In this document: in pieces, positions 10,650 through 22,540 of the stretch
How positions within the stretch are numbered: the stretch's first letter is position 1
Layout of the letters: each line of letters begins with the position of its first letter
Source of the DNA: Promethearchaeota archaeon Loki_b32
Lineage (GTDB): Archaea > Asgardarchaeota > Lokiarchaeia > Sigyniarchaeales > SOKP01
Length of the DNA stretch: 64,000 bases
Direction: 5' to 3'
NCBI GenBank assembly: GCA_005223125.1
Contig: NJBH01000004.1
Coordinates: 127,401-191,400 of the forward strand
Notes under the pieces: generated by a model
Told to the model about the DNA's origin: nothing
What the model saw: the letters and a program-made list of their open reading frames with translations, nothing else
Databases searched by the model: none
Position numbers and translations under genes: made by a program

Positions 10650-11438
10650 TTATGAACTTCCCTTATCTTTTTCTTTCTTATGCTTTTTGTGTTTTTTATC
10701 TTTATGTTTTTTCGTTTCAGTCTCATCTTGTTTAATTATATCTTCTTCTTTTACTTGTTCTTCATATGCCTTTTTTTCAACCTTTTTTTCTTCTGGTTCT
10801 GGTTCTGGTTCTGGAGGTTTCGGTTTCTTTGATATGATTACTTTCGCATATCTTATAACTACTTTTCCATATTTGAAACCATCTTGAATAATTTCTAATA
10901 TACTATTCTCTGGAACATCACCATTTTCGATTGAGCTTAAAGCTTCATGTATACTATAATTAAATGAATCATTTATCTTTACAGGGATAGGTTCCGCTCC
11001 ATAGGATTTATATACATTCATAAATTGGGTATAAAAATTATTTAGAACGTTTTTTTCTGTTTCATTCGCACTATCAATAGCTTTCTTGAACGAATCATAT
11101 AGTGGTAAGAAATTCTTCAATACCGAAGCTGTATATTCAATTCTCAAATTTTGTCGGTTCTTATTCCAACGTTTTTGAGCATTTTCAAATTCTGCTTGCA
11201 GATGCATATATTTATTTTTAGAATCATTACTCTCTTTTTGTAATTGTTCTACTTTCGCTTTAAGATCGGTTAGTTCTTTCTCATATTCCTCCTTCGAGAA
11301 ATATTCCAATTCGTAGTGCTCCTTTTCTTCTAACATTTTGATATCTTTACTTTCTGGTTCTGCTTCGATATTTCCTGTATCAACAGATATTCCTGGTTTA
11401 ATTTCCTCTTTTATTTCATCGTTGTTATCTTCAGTCAT
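10650..11438 (-). CDS. grpE: GrpE nucleotide exchange factor
   Basis: LQAEFENAQKR, FNYSIHEAL, QDGFKYGKVVIRYAKV; divergent from dnaK. Confidence 0.9.
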   Translation of the reverse strand: MTEDNNDEIKEEIKPGISVDTGNIEAEPESKDIKMLEEKEHYELEYFSKEEYEKELTDLKAKVEQLQKESNDSKNKYMHLQAEFENAQKRWNKNRQNLRIEYTASVLKNFLPLYDSFKKAIDSANETEKNVLNNFYTQFMNVYKSYGAEPIPVKINDSFNYSIHEALSSIENGDVPENSILEIIQDGFKYGKVVIRYAKVIISKKPKPPEPEPEPEEKKVEKKAYEEQVKEEDIIKQDETETKKHKDKKHKKHKKEKDKGSS

Positions 11439-11686
11439 ATCGATTCCTTATTCATTCATAACTATTATTTATGAATAATAAATATATGATTTGAAATTGA
11501 TTATCAATTTTATTTTTTATGATTAAGACATCTTTATAAATAAAATTTTTAACTCTTCTTTAATTACAATTTACTTAGTAAATACAAATTAACAAATTAG
11601 AATAATTAAATTATTAAATTCTAGAAAACCTTTCAAAATTAATAGTATAAATACAAACAAATCCAAGAAAAGAAGATGAGATTGAA

Positions 11687-13693
11687 ATGAGTGAAGAAGA
11701 AACTGAAAAGCCAAAAAGGAAAGAGAAGATAATCGGAATAGATCTTGGAACCTCGAATAGTGCTTGCGCAGTTCTAACTGGAACTGGTAAACCCGAGATT
11801 GTACCAGCTGCAGAAGGTAGAACTCTTGGAGGAAAGGCTTTTCCATCTTATGTGGCTTTTGATGAGAATGGTCGTAAAATAGTGGGTGAACCTGCTCGTC
11901 GGCAAGCGGTTAGTAACCCAGATGGAACGGTGACAGCAATCAAACGTAAAATGGGAACTTCCTACAAGGCAAAATTGCAGGTTGGTGATAAATGGCAAGA
12001 GTTTAGCCCAGAGGAAATAAGCGCAATGATACTTAAGAAAATTAAAACTGATGCATCAGCGTATTTGGGAGAAGAAGTCAAAAAAGCTGTAATAACAGTT
12101 CCAGCATATTTTAATGATGCACAACGTACAGCCACTAAAAATGCCGGTGAAATTGCTGGCCTTGAAGTCGTGCGAATGATTAATGAACCCACAGCAGCCT
12201 GTTTAGCTTACGGTTTAGATAAAGATACTAAAGATAAATTAATGAAAATCTGCGTATTGGACTTAGGTGGCGGCACTTTCGATATAACAATCATGGAATA
12301 TGGTGAGGGTGTCGTTGAGGTCCTCTCCACCGCAGGGGATACTCAGTTGGGCGGAACCGATATGGACAATCAGATAATTGATTGGGTCACTGAAGAATTT
12401 AAAAAGAAAGAAGGTATAGATTTAAAAGGCGACAGTAAAGCATGGATAAGAATTAAAGATGCTGGAGAAAAAGCAAAAATAGAACTATCCACAACTTTAA
12501 CAACTACAATAAATCTACCATATATTTCACAAAAAGAAGGAAACCCTGTTCATTTGACAATGGAACTTACAAGGGCAAAATTAGAATCTCTAATAGAACC
12601 AACCCTTAAACGTCTTGATCCTATAATGCAAAGAGCGGTTTCAGATGCAAAATTATCGGCTGTTAATATTGATAAAGTTATATTAGTAGGCGGTCCAACA
12701 AGAATGCCTTCTGTTCAGCAAAGATTCAAGAAATTTTTTGGAGGAAAAGAACCTGAACATTCAGTTGATCCAATGGAATGTGTAGCTATTGGAGCATCAA
12801 TACAAGGAGGTATAATTGCCGGAGACGTAGAAGATCTACTATTACTCGATGTAACTCCATTATCCTTAGGGGTTGAGACATTAGGTGGTGTCTTCACTAA
12901 ATTAATTGAAAGAAATAGCACAATTCCTACTGAAAAAAGTCAAGTATTTAGTACAGCAGCAGATAATCAACCAGCTGTTACTATAAATGTACTTCAAGGA
13001 GAAAGGGCAATGGCAAAAGATAATATCCCATTGGGAATGTTTCATTTAACAGGTATTCCACCCGCACCTCGAAGTATCCCACAAATAGAAGTTAAATTCT
13101 CTATTGATGCTGATGGAATTGTACATGTCAATGCGAAAGATTTAGGAACAGGAAAAGAAACAGGAATTACTGTAACAGGTGCTAGAGGTTTAACACCGGA
13201 AGAAATTAAGGAAAAAGTGCAAACAGCAGAACAGTTTGAAGAAGAAGATAAGAAAGTGAGAGAGTTAGTTGAAGCTAAAAATAGCGCTGATTCAATGATT
13301 TATCAAACACGTAAATTAATGGAAGACAATAAAGATAAAATTCAAGAAAACGAAAAGAATGAAATTGAAGCAGCGATGGCTTCATTGGAAGAAGATATCA
13401 AAACTGATGATGTTCAGAGAATTAAACTAGGAATTGAGAACCTACAAAAATCTATGTATAGTTTTTCTCAGAGAATATACCAAACTCAAGCCCAAGATCA
13501 GGTTTATCAACAAGCAGCCGACCAAGCTCAACGAGCTGCTAGTGGTATGGGCGGAGTTCCTCCTGGCGGAATGGGTGGAGTTCCTCCTGGTGATATGGGT
13601 GAAACTGGTGCTGGTGGTGCTAGTTATAAATCTGAAAAAAAAGAAGAAAAGGATAAAAAGAAAGTGGTAGACGTTGATTGGGATGAGGATTAA
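11687..13693 (+). CDS. dnaK: molecular chaperone DnaK
   Basis: [36 protein letters not shown]. Confidence 0.98.
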   Translation: MSEEETEKPKRKEKIIGIDLGTSNSACAVLTGTGKPEIVPAAEGRTLGGKAFPSYVAFDENGRKIVGEPARRQAVSNPDGTVTAIKRKMGTSYKAKLQVGDKWQEFSPEEISAMILKKIKTDASAYLGEEVKKAVITVPAYFNDAQRTATKNAGEIAGLEVVRMINEPTAACLAYGLDKDTKDKLMKICVLDLGGGTFDITIMEYGEGVVEVLSTAGDTQLGGTDMDNQIIDWVTEEFKKKEGIDLKGDSKAWIRIKDAGEKAKIELSTTLTTTINLPYISQKEGNPVHLTMELTRAKLESLIEPTLKRLDPIMQRAVSDAKLSAVNIDKVILVGGPTRMPSVQQRFKKFFGGKEPEHSVDPMECVAIGASIQGGIIAGDVEDLLLLDVTPLSLGVETLGGVFTKLIERNSTIPTEKSQVFSTAADNQPAVTINVLQGERAMAKDNIPLGMFHLTGIPPAPRSIPQIEVKFSIDADGIVHVNAKDLGTGKETGITVTGARGLTPEEIKEKVQTAEQFEEEDKKVRELVEAKNSADSMIYQTRKLMEDNKDKIQENEKNEIEAAMASLEEDIKTDDVQRIKLGIENLQKSMYSFSQRIYQTQAQDQVYQQAADQAQRAASGMGGVPPGGMGGVPPGDMGETGAGGASYKSEKKEEKDKKKVVDVDWDED

Positions 13694-13829
13694 AGCCCAA
13701 TTAATATTTCCATCAATTTAATTAAACATTCTTTATATTCTATTATTATTTTATATTTTTAGTTATTTTTAATAGAGATCAATAGTCTTTCCAATAAAAA
13801 TTAAAGAAAATTGGTACATAACCAGCGAT

Positions 13830-14198
13830 TTATAGATTTAAGAATTTTTTTAAAACATTAAATAATTTTTTATTTTGTAGTTTTACATCAGCTTCTATAG
13901 CCGAAAATTCTTCATCTGGATCTTCGTAGGTATACCCTTGGTAAGTAAGATCTGAAACGGCGCAGATATGATAAAATTCACCGGTTTGCATAGTAATTCG
14001 TATTACTTTAAAACGTCGACGGCTTACCATTTCCACACTTTTTACTTGAGTTTTAACTAATATGGCTGAACCTTTTTTGCCATTAAAGTGTAAATTATTT
14101 TCATCAGTAGATAAATTTCCTTCATCCCAATATTTCTTAGAAATCATAGCAATTCCTTTTATCTTTCCTTTACCAAAATAAACATTATCATCTATCAA
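13830..14198 (-). CDS. hypothetical protein, possibly PH-like fold
   Basis: W.EG.L...ENNLHF beta pattern plus C-terminal helix; AGGTGA SD. Confidence 0.55.
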   Translation of the reverse strand: MIDDNVYFGKGKIKGIAMISKKYWDEGNLSTDENNLHFNGKKGSAILVKTQVKSVEMVSRRRFKVIRITMQTGEFYHICAVSDLTYQGYTYEDPDEEFSAIEADVKLQNKKLFNVLKKFLNL

Positions 14199-14390
14199 GA
14201 ATTTTCACCTTAAAATAATACTTATTTCTATATAATAGTCAAATAGTCTAAATTTATATTTAAACCTTTAAGAATCCGATGAAAAGAATTAATTATACTA
14301 TGCTAAATTTGTTAGAATATATCTTTTATGTTTGGTTTTTGAATAAATTAGCGCTTTTAAGATAAAACATTATTGATTTATATCTATATA

Positions 14391-14460
14391 CCTAAAAAAT
14401 TAAATTTTATAAACAATTTTAAATACTTGAGTTCTAAACATATTTCATTATATTAAGAGA
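14391..14460 (+). repeat. copy 1 of a 70-bp direct repeat (duplicate of dnaJ upstream region)
   Basis: 63/70 identical to 16050-16119. Confidence 0.85.
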
Positions 14461-14548
14461 TTATACAATCATAAGCTCTAAGAAAAGATTGTTTGTTTTT
14501 AATCTATTTTATATTAAAAATTAAATATAGCTAGAAATTATTCTAAAA

Positions 14549-15862
14549 TTAAGTTCTTTTATGGCGTAAGAGAAGAATAATTATAGCTAGAACAGAAATA
14601 ATTATAATTATTGTAAATGGAATTATCCAAATAAGAATGTTGTTATCTTTAGTTTCGATACAATCATTATTCTCATATAAATTATCACCATAACAATCGT
14701 CAGTTTCTGTATAACATTTTCTATTATAATGAAGAATATTGTAGGTAATTTCATTTCCATACGAAGAATTAAGGAATATTCCATAATAATTATAATTTAT
14801 GGTGTTTTGAAAGACATAATTTAATATAGATTCTACCATTTTAATCCCATAATAATTTTCGTTAATTTGATTATTTGAAATTTGAATATCTCTACTGAAA
14901 TATAATTCAAGCCCTCCATTTTTATTGTCATTTATGCTGTTATTGATTATATAATTTTCTTGTGTGATATTAAGCATTATACCACATAAATTATAATTTA
15001 CCATATTTTCTGAAATCCAATTATTCGTACAAGACTGTACATATACAGGCTCATCCCATGGATGAATCATTATACTTCCTTCTAAATGAATCCCATTACC
15101 TTTATTGTTATTTATCTCATTTCCAATGATTTCATTATACATAGCTTCAAGAAATAGAATTCCGGTTCCATTATTATTATTTATATAATTATCAACTATG
15201 GAATTATTAAACCCCCAGTATATCCATATTCCATACATATCATTAAAACTTACATTATTTAATGAGATACTTAAATCTTGTCCTCCAAAGATTCCATTCA
15301 CGTTATTAATAACATCATTTTCTAAAATTGTACAATCTCCACTCGCATAAATACCAAATACATTATTAATGATTGTATTTTGGAAAATTGTGTTATTAGC
15401 CCCGAATACAATTATACCAACATTATTATTTGTGATGGTATTTTTTTTAATAAAGCCATTGGATACATTGTATAACTTAACTCCTGCATCAATGTAGTAA
15501 TAATCAACACCAGAGTTATAAATTGTACAATTTTCAATTCGAAAGAATACATCTGAATTTTCAATATGTATACAACTTCCGGAACCTCCCCCATCAATTA
15601 TTAAATCTTCTATGATATAAGGATTAGAATAGGTTCCTGTGCCTGTACAATTTCCTGCATTCCTAAAATCTATCCAATCTAATGTACCATTTATGAAAAT
15701 CTTACTAGATACTTTTGATGTTTTGAGATTATGATTTATCAAACTGGATTCATTACAAATTCGAATATTGACTTTAGAATTATAATTAGCTAGAGGAAAG
15801 AATATTAAATTGAGTATTATTACCATTAAAATTGCGGTTTTATATAGAGCTTTTACTTTCAA
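14549..15862 (-). CDS. NosD/parallel beta-helix membrane-anchored protein
   Basis: CTGTGTYSNPYIIEDLIIDGGGSGSC; Asn-rich beta-helix repeats; C-terminal TM + basic tail. Confidence 0.88.
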   Translation of the reverse strand: MKVKALYKTAILMVIILNLIFFPLANYNSKVNIRICNESSLINHNLKTSKVSSKIFINGTLDWIDFRNAGNCTGTGTYSNPYIIEDLIIDGGGSGSCIHIENSDVFFRIENCTIYNSGVDYYYIDAGVKLYNVSNGFIKKNTITNNNVGIIVFGANNTIFQNTIINNVFGIYASGDCTILENDVINNVNGIFGGQDLSISLNNVSFNDMYGIWIYWGFNNSIVDNYINNNNGTGILFLEAMYNEIIGNEINNNKGNGIHLEGSIMIHPWDEPVYVQSCTNNWISENMVNYNLCGIMLNITQENYIINNSINDNKNGGLELYFSRDIQISNNQINENYYGIKMVESILNYVFQNTINYNYYGIFLNSSYGNEITYNILHYNRKCYTETDDCYGDNLYENNDCIETKDNNILIWIIPFTIIIIISVLAIIILLLRHKRT

Positions 15863-16049
15863 ATCGTTTATACTACTAGTTTCATTGGATTATTGTATTT
15901 ATTATGATCTTTTATTATGAGCACATATTAAAACTTTTTTGTTATTTAAACCAATTTTCTCTGAATGAATGAAAATTTATAATAAAACATGTTAATCAAG
16001 AACTTTGTTCTTGGATAAGTTTAATCTAATTTGATTTAACAAGCACAGA

Positions 16050-16119
16050 CCTAAAAAATTAAATTTCAGAAATAATTTTAATTACTTGAGTTTTAAACAT
16101 ATTTCAATATATTAAGGGA
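16050..16119 (+). repeat. copy 2 of the 70-bp direct repeat, dnaJ promoter region
   Basis: Ends 10 bp before dnaJ ATG; 63/70 identical to 14391-14460. Confidence 0.85.
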
Positions 16120-16129
16120 CTAAGATAAT

Positions 16130-17260
16130 ATGAGCGTTAATAAAAGAGATTACTATGAAGTTCTTGGTGTGAGTAAAGACGCTAGCTTAAATGGCATTAA
16201 ACTTGCCTATAGACGTTTAGCCAGAAAACTCCATCCAGATCTGAATAAAACAGATCCCAAAGCTAAAGAGAAGTTTATCGAGGTTCAAGAGGCTTATGAA
16301 GTTCTAAGTGATGAACAAAAACGGCAAAATTATGATCGCTTTGGATTTAGTGGTGTTCATGTTAATATGGGTGACTTTTTTAGTGGTGGAATCCCTGGAA
16401 TCGATGAGTTGCTTAGAAGCATTTTTGGAGGTTTTTCTTCTTTTGGAGGGTTTGATGATTTTGGATTTGGTGGTTTTGGTTCAAGAGCAAGAAGAAGATC
16501 TGCTCCTCGCAGAGAAGTTGGACAAGATATAGAAGATTATGTTGAAATTACCTTTGAAGAAGCAATGTTCGGAGTAAAGAAGGATATACTTATTGAGAGA
16601 TATACACCATGCGATGACTGCGAGGGTTCTGGGGCAGAAGATCCATCAAGTATAAGAACTTGTCCGCAGTGCCAAGGAACAGGAAGGATTAGAAAAATGA
16701 CGCAATCTGGATTTGGTACAATAATCCGGGAAACAGAATGCTACACTTGTAATGGCGCAGGAAGAGTAATCGAAAAGAAATGTAAAACATGTAATGGAAA
16801 AAAAGTAGTCCCTGAAAGTAAAACAATTCATGTGAGCATTCCTCCTGGAGTTGAAAATGGTGTTCACTTAAAAGTTCAAGGTGCTGGACATGTACCTTCT
16901 GTTAATGCAATACCAGGAGACCTTTATTTAGGGATACGAATAACTGGTGATGAGAAATTTATCCGGCGTGGAAATGACCTTTATACTCCCGCTAATGTGG
17001 ACATTGTAACAGCAATAATTGGAGGGAAGATTAATATTCCAACCTTAAATTATAAGGAAAAGAAATTAACTGAAAAAGAATTAACAATACCCCCAGGTAC
17101 ACAACCTGGAACTGAATTTCGGATAAAAAGTCGGGGAGTTTCATACATGCGAGGAAGAGGAAGAGGAGATCAATACGTGATTGTAAAGATAGAAATTCCT
17201 AAAAAAGTCTCAGATAAGCAAAAAGAATTACTGCAAAAATTTAAAGAATTAAATAAGTAG
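16130..17260 (+). CDS. dnaJ: chaperone DnaJ
   Basis: HPD J-domain, G/F region, four CxxCxGxG-type repeats. Confidence 0.97.
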   Translation: MSVNKRDYYEVLGVSKDASLNGIKLAYRRLARKLHPDLNKTDPKAKEKFIEVQEAYEVLSDEQKRQNYDRFGFSGVHVNMGDFFSGGIPGIDELLRSIFGGFSSFGGFDDFGFGGFGSRARRRSAPRREVGQDIEDYVEITFEEAMFGVKKDILIERYTPCDDCEGSGAEDPSSIRTCPQCQGTGRIRKMTQSGFGTIIRETECYTCNGAGRVIEKKCKTCNGKKVVPESKTIHVSIPPGVENGVHLKVQGAGHVPSVNAIPGDLYLGIRITGDEKFIRRGNDLYTPANVDIVTAIIGGKINIPTLNYKEKKLTEKELTIPPGTQPGTEFRIKSRGVSYMRGRGRGDQYVIVKIEIPKKVSDKQKELLQKFKELNK

Positions 17261-17311
17261 ATTTCTGATAAATAAAAAATGGAAATATTTTTTTTAGAAA
17301 TATATTAAAAT

Positions 17312-18292
17312 TTATAAGTGAGAATCCAACCAATTAATTACGTCCTGAAAGACTTCTTCACGATTTATTTCATTAAATATTTCATGTCGGGCGTCTTGAT
17401 AAAACTTGTAGGTAACATCTTTAATCCCATATTTTTTATAGCGATTAATCATACCTTGCACATATTTAGTTTTATTTCCAATTGGACATAAAGATCCAGA
17501 TATAAAATAAACCGGTAAATCTTTTGGCACTTTTTGTTCATTTTTAGTACCATACATTTTTTCAAATCCATAAAGGAACTCTAACCAAAGATTTGCAGGA
17601 GGAACAAATCCACACCACGGATCATCAATATATTTTTGAACTTCTGCTTTGTCTCTACTAAGCCATTCATATCCAGTTGCGCCTTCTTCTTTTTGCCATT
17701 CACGATTATTAGGTTTAAAATTCATATCATACATTTTTTGACTTGGTTCAGTAGGACCAAGCTTCTTCATTTCACCTTTTAGAAGTAGCTTTCCCGCTTT
17801 AATTACCAAACCTCTTACTTTCCCGTTAGTACCGCTTAGAATGCACCCTTTAATTTCATTACCCCACTCTTGGATATAATCTTGAGCTAGCCAAGCACCC
17901 CAAGAATGTCCGAGTAAAAATAAGGGAAGATTCGGATTTTCTTTTTTTATTATTTTTGATAATTCATATAATTCATTTACTACGCCCCTCCATCCACTAG
18001 GTCCTAAAACACCCGCATTTCCTTTCAACGTAGCTTCAGTCAAATCGCCAGCGGTCAGTCCATGACCCGGATGATCATCTGCATAACAAATGTATCCCTC
18101 TTTGCATAAAGCTTCAGCCACACGAGTATATCTTTTAGCATGTTCTGCTAATCCGTGTATCATCTGTACAACGGCTTTCGGTTCTGATCCAGGTTCCCAC
18201 TTATACACAAAAATCTCAATTCCATCTTGATCTGTAAAGGTAAATGTTGAGCTTTTCATATTTTCATCTCTTTTGTTATTTTTAAAAAACAA
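17312..18292 (-). CDS. alpha/beta hydrolase (lysophospholipase family)
   Basis: HGLAEH, GHSWG nucleophile elbow, RHEIFNE; second Met (MKSS) is the likelier start. Confidence 0.9.
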   Translation of the reverse strand: MFFKNNKRDENMKSSTFTFTDQDGIEIFVYKWEPGSEPKAVVQMIHGLAEHAKRYTRVAEALCKEGYICYADDHPGHGLTAGDLTEATLKGNAGVLGPSGWRGVVNELYELSKIIKKENPNLPLFLLGHSWGAWLAQDYIQEWGNEIKGCILSGTNGKVRGLVIKAGKLLLKGEMKKLGPTEPSQKMYDMNFKPNNREWQKEEGATGYEWLSRDKAEVQKYIDDPWCGFVPPANLWLEFLYGFEKMYGTKNEQKVPKDLPVYFISGSLCPIGNKTKYVQGMINRYKKYGIKDVTYKFYQDARHEIFNEINREEVFQDVINWLDSHL

Positions 18293-18358
18293 ATAATTAA
18301 TTATTTTATAATTTCATTTAAATTTTAGTGATAATTAAACCTTTCATTTATTAAATCT

Positions 18359-18892
18359 ATGACTGAAAAAATACTCATTACTGGTCCACCTAGGTGCGGT
18401 AAAAGTACTCTTATCTCAAAATTAATTGAGTATTATAATAATAAAAAAGAGTGTACAATATACGGCTTTTTAACCCCTGAGATTAGAGAAAGGGGTAATC
18501 GGATTGGTTTTAATATTGTAGATATTTATTCTGGAAAAATATCTCAACTAGCAAGAGTAGGAGATTTTAAAATAAAATACAAGGTTGGAAAATATAATGT
18601 CTTTATTGAAGAATTTGATAAATATATTGAAGATAATTTAAGTCTAGAAGGAAAAAAAATTGATTTAATAGTAATTGATGAGATTGGAAGAATGGAGCTA
18701 TTTTCTGATAAATTTCAAAATTTCATAAAAAATATATTTTCTTTGAAAATATCAATTTTAGCCACAATAGGTTTGAAATTAAGCCATCCTCTAAAAACTT
18801 ATCTTTTGAATCTCCCTTCTGTACTACTATTGAACTTAAATAAGCGAAATTCTCAACTTATATTTGAAAAGATCATTTCGTTAATTCCCTAA
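18359..18892 (+). CDS. THEP1-type nucleoside triphosphatase
   Basis: GPPRCGKST, GFLTPEIR, VGKY, IDEIGRMEL. Confidence 0.9.
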   Translation: MTEKILITGPPRCGKSTLISKLIEYYNNKKECTIYGFLTPEIRERGNRIGFNIVDIYSGKISQLARVGDFKIKYKVGKYNVFIEEFDKYIEDNLSLEGKKIDLIVIDEIGRMELFSDKFQNFIKNIFSLKISILATIGLKLSHPLKTYLLNLPSVLLLNLNKRNSQLIFEKIISLIP

Positions 18893-19025
18893 TTTAATAT
18901 TTAAACTAGGGTTTAATTTTCTTTTCACAAAACTTTAAATTAACTTTCTTTTTATCTTAATAAATAGCATAAGCACATTGATTTATAAAGAGATATAAGC
19001 AATTTTGGAATATAGGTGATACAAA

Positions 19026-19142
19026 CTGAAATGGAAATGTGACAAATGTGGCCATGAGTTTGATCTAGATGACTTTCCAGAAGAGGGTTTCAAATGTCCT
19101 GGATGTGGAGATACTGATTGTACTTTTTCTTTAGCAGATTAG
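19026..19142 (+). CDS. 38-aa rubredoxin-like/zinc-ribbon microprotein, CTG start
   Basis: Not in ORF track: (M)KWKCDKCGHEFDLDDFPEEGFKCPGCGDTDCTFSLAD*; GGTGAT SD at 19015-19020. Confidence 0.75.
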   Translation: MKWKCDKCGHEFDLDDFPEEGFKCPGCGDTDCTFSLAD

Positions 19143-19337
19143 CCCAATTTCTTAGAGAATACTTTGGATATTTTAAGTTTTCTTTTATGTTTTTCTTTCT
19201 CTTAAGAAGAAAAGAAGTTTATTAGATTAAATAAATTCAATCCGTAAGTAAATGACTTAATCTTATGTTTGTCACCTTAGAATGTTCATTTTACTGTTAT
19301 GTGAAAATTTATAAGTCTGAAACTAGGTTAGATTCGT

Positions 19338-20672
19338 ATGAGATTTAATAAAAATTATTAACGGGGTTTATTTTTACTATTTTTACTTCTTTTAATTTTC
19401 TCGGGCATTTCAATAATAAAAAATGTTCCTACAACTGATTCATTTGATGATAACGACATTTCAACAAGCCAACCCGATGATCCATATGAACCCAATGATG
19501 ATTTCGGATCCGCTAGGGATATAAATTCTGAGAACCTAAAATGGTTGAAATTAATTCAGGAAGATGAAGATTGGTTCAAATTTGATGTATTCCCTAATTT
19601 TGACCGTCTAATAGTTAACGTTCTTTTTTCAAATATGGAAGGTGATATAGATATTGAGCTTTATGATCAGTTTTATACCTACATAACTGGTAGTTATTCA
19701 ATCGAAGATGGTGAATTTCTTGACTATATTGTATCTCCTGGATCTTATCATCTTCGCATTTACGGTCCAAACTGGAGACAACCTTATGAATTGTTATGGG
19801 ATGCCATTAACAGTAGCATAGTTTATGATGACAATTATGAACCAAATAATAGTGATACAGAGGCAGATCTTAATGCCGATCTTTCTTTCAATAAAAGAGA
19901 TTGGTTGAGTGAAATAAATGGACTTGGAATTCAAAGCAATTCCGATTATTTTAAGATTGATGTAGATACTACTTATAGAAGACTATTTGTAGAAGTGATT
20001 TTCTGTAATTCTTTTGGAAATATTGATGTAGATATTTACAACAGCAGCCTTAATTGGATTACGGGGAGTTACTCGTTTAATCATAATGAATTTATCAATT
20101 TTGAACTACCCTCTTCCGGCATTTACTTTATTAAAATCTGGGGAGATAATACGGGGATAGAATATGATCTTTGGTGGGATGATCTCCGAACAGATACTAG
20201 AGACGATGATAGTTATGAAGAAAATGACGACCCATTGTCTGCGTATGATATTTCATCTCATCAATACCAGGATCTATGGCGGATTAATGGAACAGCTATA
20301 CAAAGGGATAATGATTGGTACAAAATATTTATAACATCTGGATTTGAACATCTTTTTGTATTTGTTACTTATGATTATCAGGAAGGGCCAATTGGTATTG
20401 AAATTTATGATGGGGATTTATCAAAAGTTACAGAAAATTTCACAAATGAGGATAACGAACTGATTAACTACGATCTTCCATCAAATGGAACATATTATAT
20501 TCGAATTCATGGTTATCATTCGGGAAACATTTATAGTCTAAGGTGGGAAACTTGGGAGCCTCATATAGAAGATATGATACCGGGTTATGATGTAGTTATC
20601 ATACTCGGAGCTATATTTGGTGTTGCTGCTTTATTAACTTTAAAGTGGAAACGAAGTAAAAAACATCTTTAA
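19338..20672 (+). pseudogene. PPC-like repeat surface protein with Loki-CTERM; nonsense codon in the signal peptide
   Basis: ATG 19338 is in frame with ORF 19545-20672: MRFNKNY*RGLFLLFLLLLIFSG; three DxYExN(D/N) repeats; IPGY + TM + basic tail. Confidence 0.75.
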
Positions 20673-20838
20673 AAATTTTTTTTAATTTTTTTTTTCCTTA
20701 TATTTTTAAAGTAGATTAAAAGAAGTTTCTAATTTCTTGCATTCAAGAAAATTATTCTTAATTATTTCAATTTTAAAAGCTTTGTTTTATTTAAACTATT
20801 TAGCGTCATAAAGAGAAATATTATAATCTGATGGAATT

Positions 20839-21045
20839 ATGATTGAATGTATTCAAGAAGACAGAAAAAGTAGCTGTACTTGTACATACGACTGTCACAG
20901 AAGAGGTAAATGTTGTGAATGTTTAGAATATCATCTTTCAATGAATCAATTACCTGGACGTGTATTTGCAAAGATTTCTAAAAATGCTGAGAGAACTTAT
21001 AACAGAGATTTTGAATATTTCGCTAAATTAGTTTTAAGAAAGTAA
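20839..21045 (+). CDS. small Cys-rich protein (DUF6485-like)
   Basis: CTCTYDCHRRGKCCECLEYH...AERTYNRDFEYF. Confidence 0.75.
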   Translation: MIECIQEDRKSSCTCTYDCHRRGKCCECLEYHLSMNQLPGRVFAKISKNAERTYNRDFEYFAKLVLRK

Positions 21046-21076
21046 ATTAAGAAAGTTTAACTCAAATTGACTAGAA

Positions 21077-22363
21077 ATGATTGAATTTATTAATGTTTTT
21101 AAAGAAAAGGCAATTGACTATATTCAATTTCAATTTACGACAATTTTAGGCGAGTTTAAAAGCGTTGAGTTCCCTGTGAAAATTTGGGATGATTTAAAAG
21201 AGGGAACTGGAATTGATGGATCTAGCTTAGGATTTCTTATGACAGAACAAAGTGATATGCGAATTGTTCCAGATTACAATACTTTTGCAGTCTTTCCTTG
21301 GAATCCTAGGATTGGTCGTTTTATTTGTGATTTAACCGATAATAATGGTATTCCTTATCCTACATGCCCTCGAGGGATATTGAAAAAGATTATTTCAAAA
21401 GCCAAGGCCCTTGGTTATGGATTCCAAACAAGACCAGAACTGGAATGGTATTTCATTACGAAAGATTTCAAACCTAGTGATAAAGCAATGTATATGGATA
21501 ACCTACCTAATGATAAACGCCAAGATCTTCGCCGACAAATTACAGATGATATGATGGATATGAATATTGGGGTCAAGACTATACACCATGAGGTTGGTTA
21601 TGGACAACAAGAAGTCGAATTCACAGCAGATAATGCACTACAACAAGCAGATAATGTACAAACCGGTAAACTTATTACCAAAGTCAGAGCTTTTTATAAA
21701 GATATAATAAGTACGTATATGCCAAAACCTTTTGAGCAGATGGCGGGAAATGGTTTGCATATCCATCAATACCTTAACAAAAACGGCGAAAATGCATTTT
21801 CAGATAAAGAAAAGGGTATTAGTGATATCCTTAGATATTATATTGGAGGAATTCAGCATAATATAAATCCCATTTCAGCTATTTTAAATCCAACTACTAA
21901 TTCGTACAAACGTTTAACTCCTCATCATGAAGCACCTGTATATGTTTCATGGGGTGTAGGAAATAGAACTGCGCTAATACGTGTACCAGGCTATGAAAAT
22001 TCAGCTCGTATCGAATATAGAGCGGGTGATGCAATGATGAATATTTATTTAGGAAGTGCAATATTACTAGCAGCGGGTCTAGATGGCATAAAAAACAATA
22101 TCGAGCCTAACCAACCTACAACTAAGAATGTTGATTTACTAACTGATGATAAAAGAAAAGAATTAAAAATTGAAAAATTACCTGAAAATTTGGAGGAATC
22201 ACTAAAAGCTTTTGAAAAAAGTAATTTCATTAAAAAGACTTTAGGGAAAGAATTGATGAAAATCTATTTGAATTTCAAATATACTGAACTTCAGGAGTTT
22301 GAAATTGCAAAATCAAATGGAAATGAAAAAGATTGGGAATATAACAAGTATCTTTTCATGTAA
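21077..22363 (+). CDS. glnA: glutamine synthetase family protein
   Basis: DGSS, HHEVGYGQQE, MPKP, GNGLHIH, NSYKRL, NRTALIRVP, RIEYR. Confidence 0.88.
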   Translation: MIEFINVFKEKAIDYIQFQFTTILGEFKSVEFPVKIWDDLKEGTGIDGSSLGFLMTEQSDMRIVPDYNTFAVFPWNPRIGRFICDLTDNNGIPYPTCPRGILKKIISKAKALGYGFQTRPELEWYFITKDFKPSDKAMYMDNLPNDKRQDLRRQITDDMMDMNIGVKTIHHEVGYGQQEVEFTADNALQQADNVQTGKLITKVRAFYKDIISTYMPKPFEQMAGNGLHIHQYLNKNGENAFSDKEKGISDILRYYIGGIQHNINPISAILNPTTNSYKRLTPHHEAPVYVSWGVGNRTALIRVPGYENSARIEYRAGDAMMNIYLGSAILLAAGLDGIKNNIEPNQPTTKNVDLLTDDKRKELKIEKLPENLEESLKAFEKSNFIKKTLGKELMKIYLNFKYTELQEFEIAKSNGNEKDWEYNKYLFM

Positions 22364-22540
22364 AAAAGGAATTTTGAAAAATTAGTACTAGTAATTATTT
22401 AAATGATTTTTTCTGCCCGAATTTTTTTATATGCTAATTTTCTATAATGTCATAATAATCCAATTAACTAAAAAAACTATTAAAAGTAATTAAAAAAAAA
22501 AAAAAAAATTAATGGAGGGATTGAAATTTCAGATCTTTCG

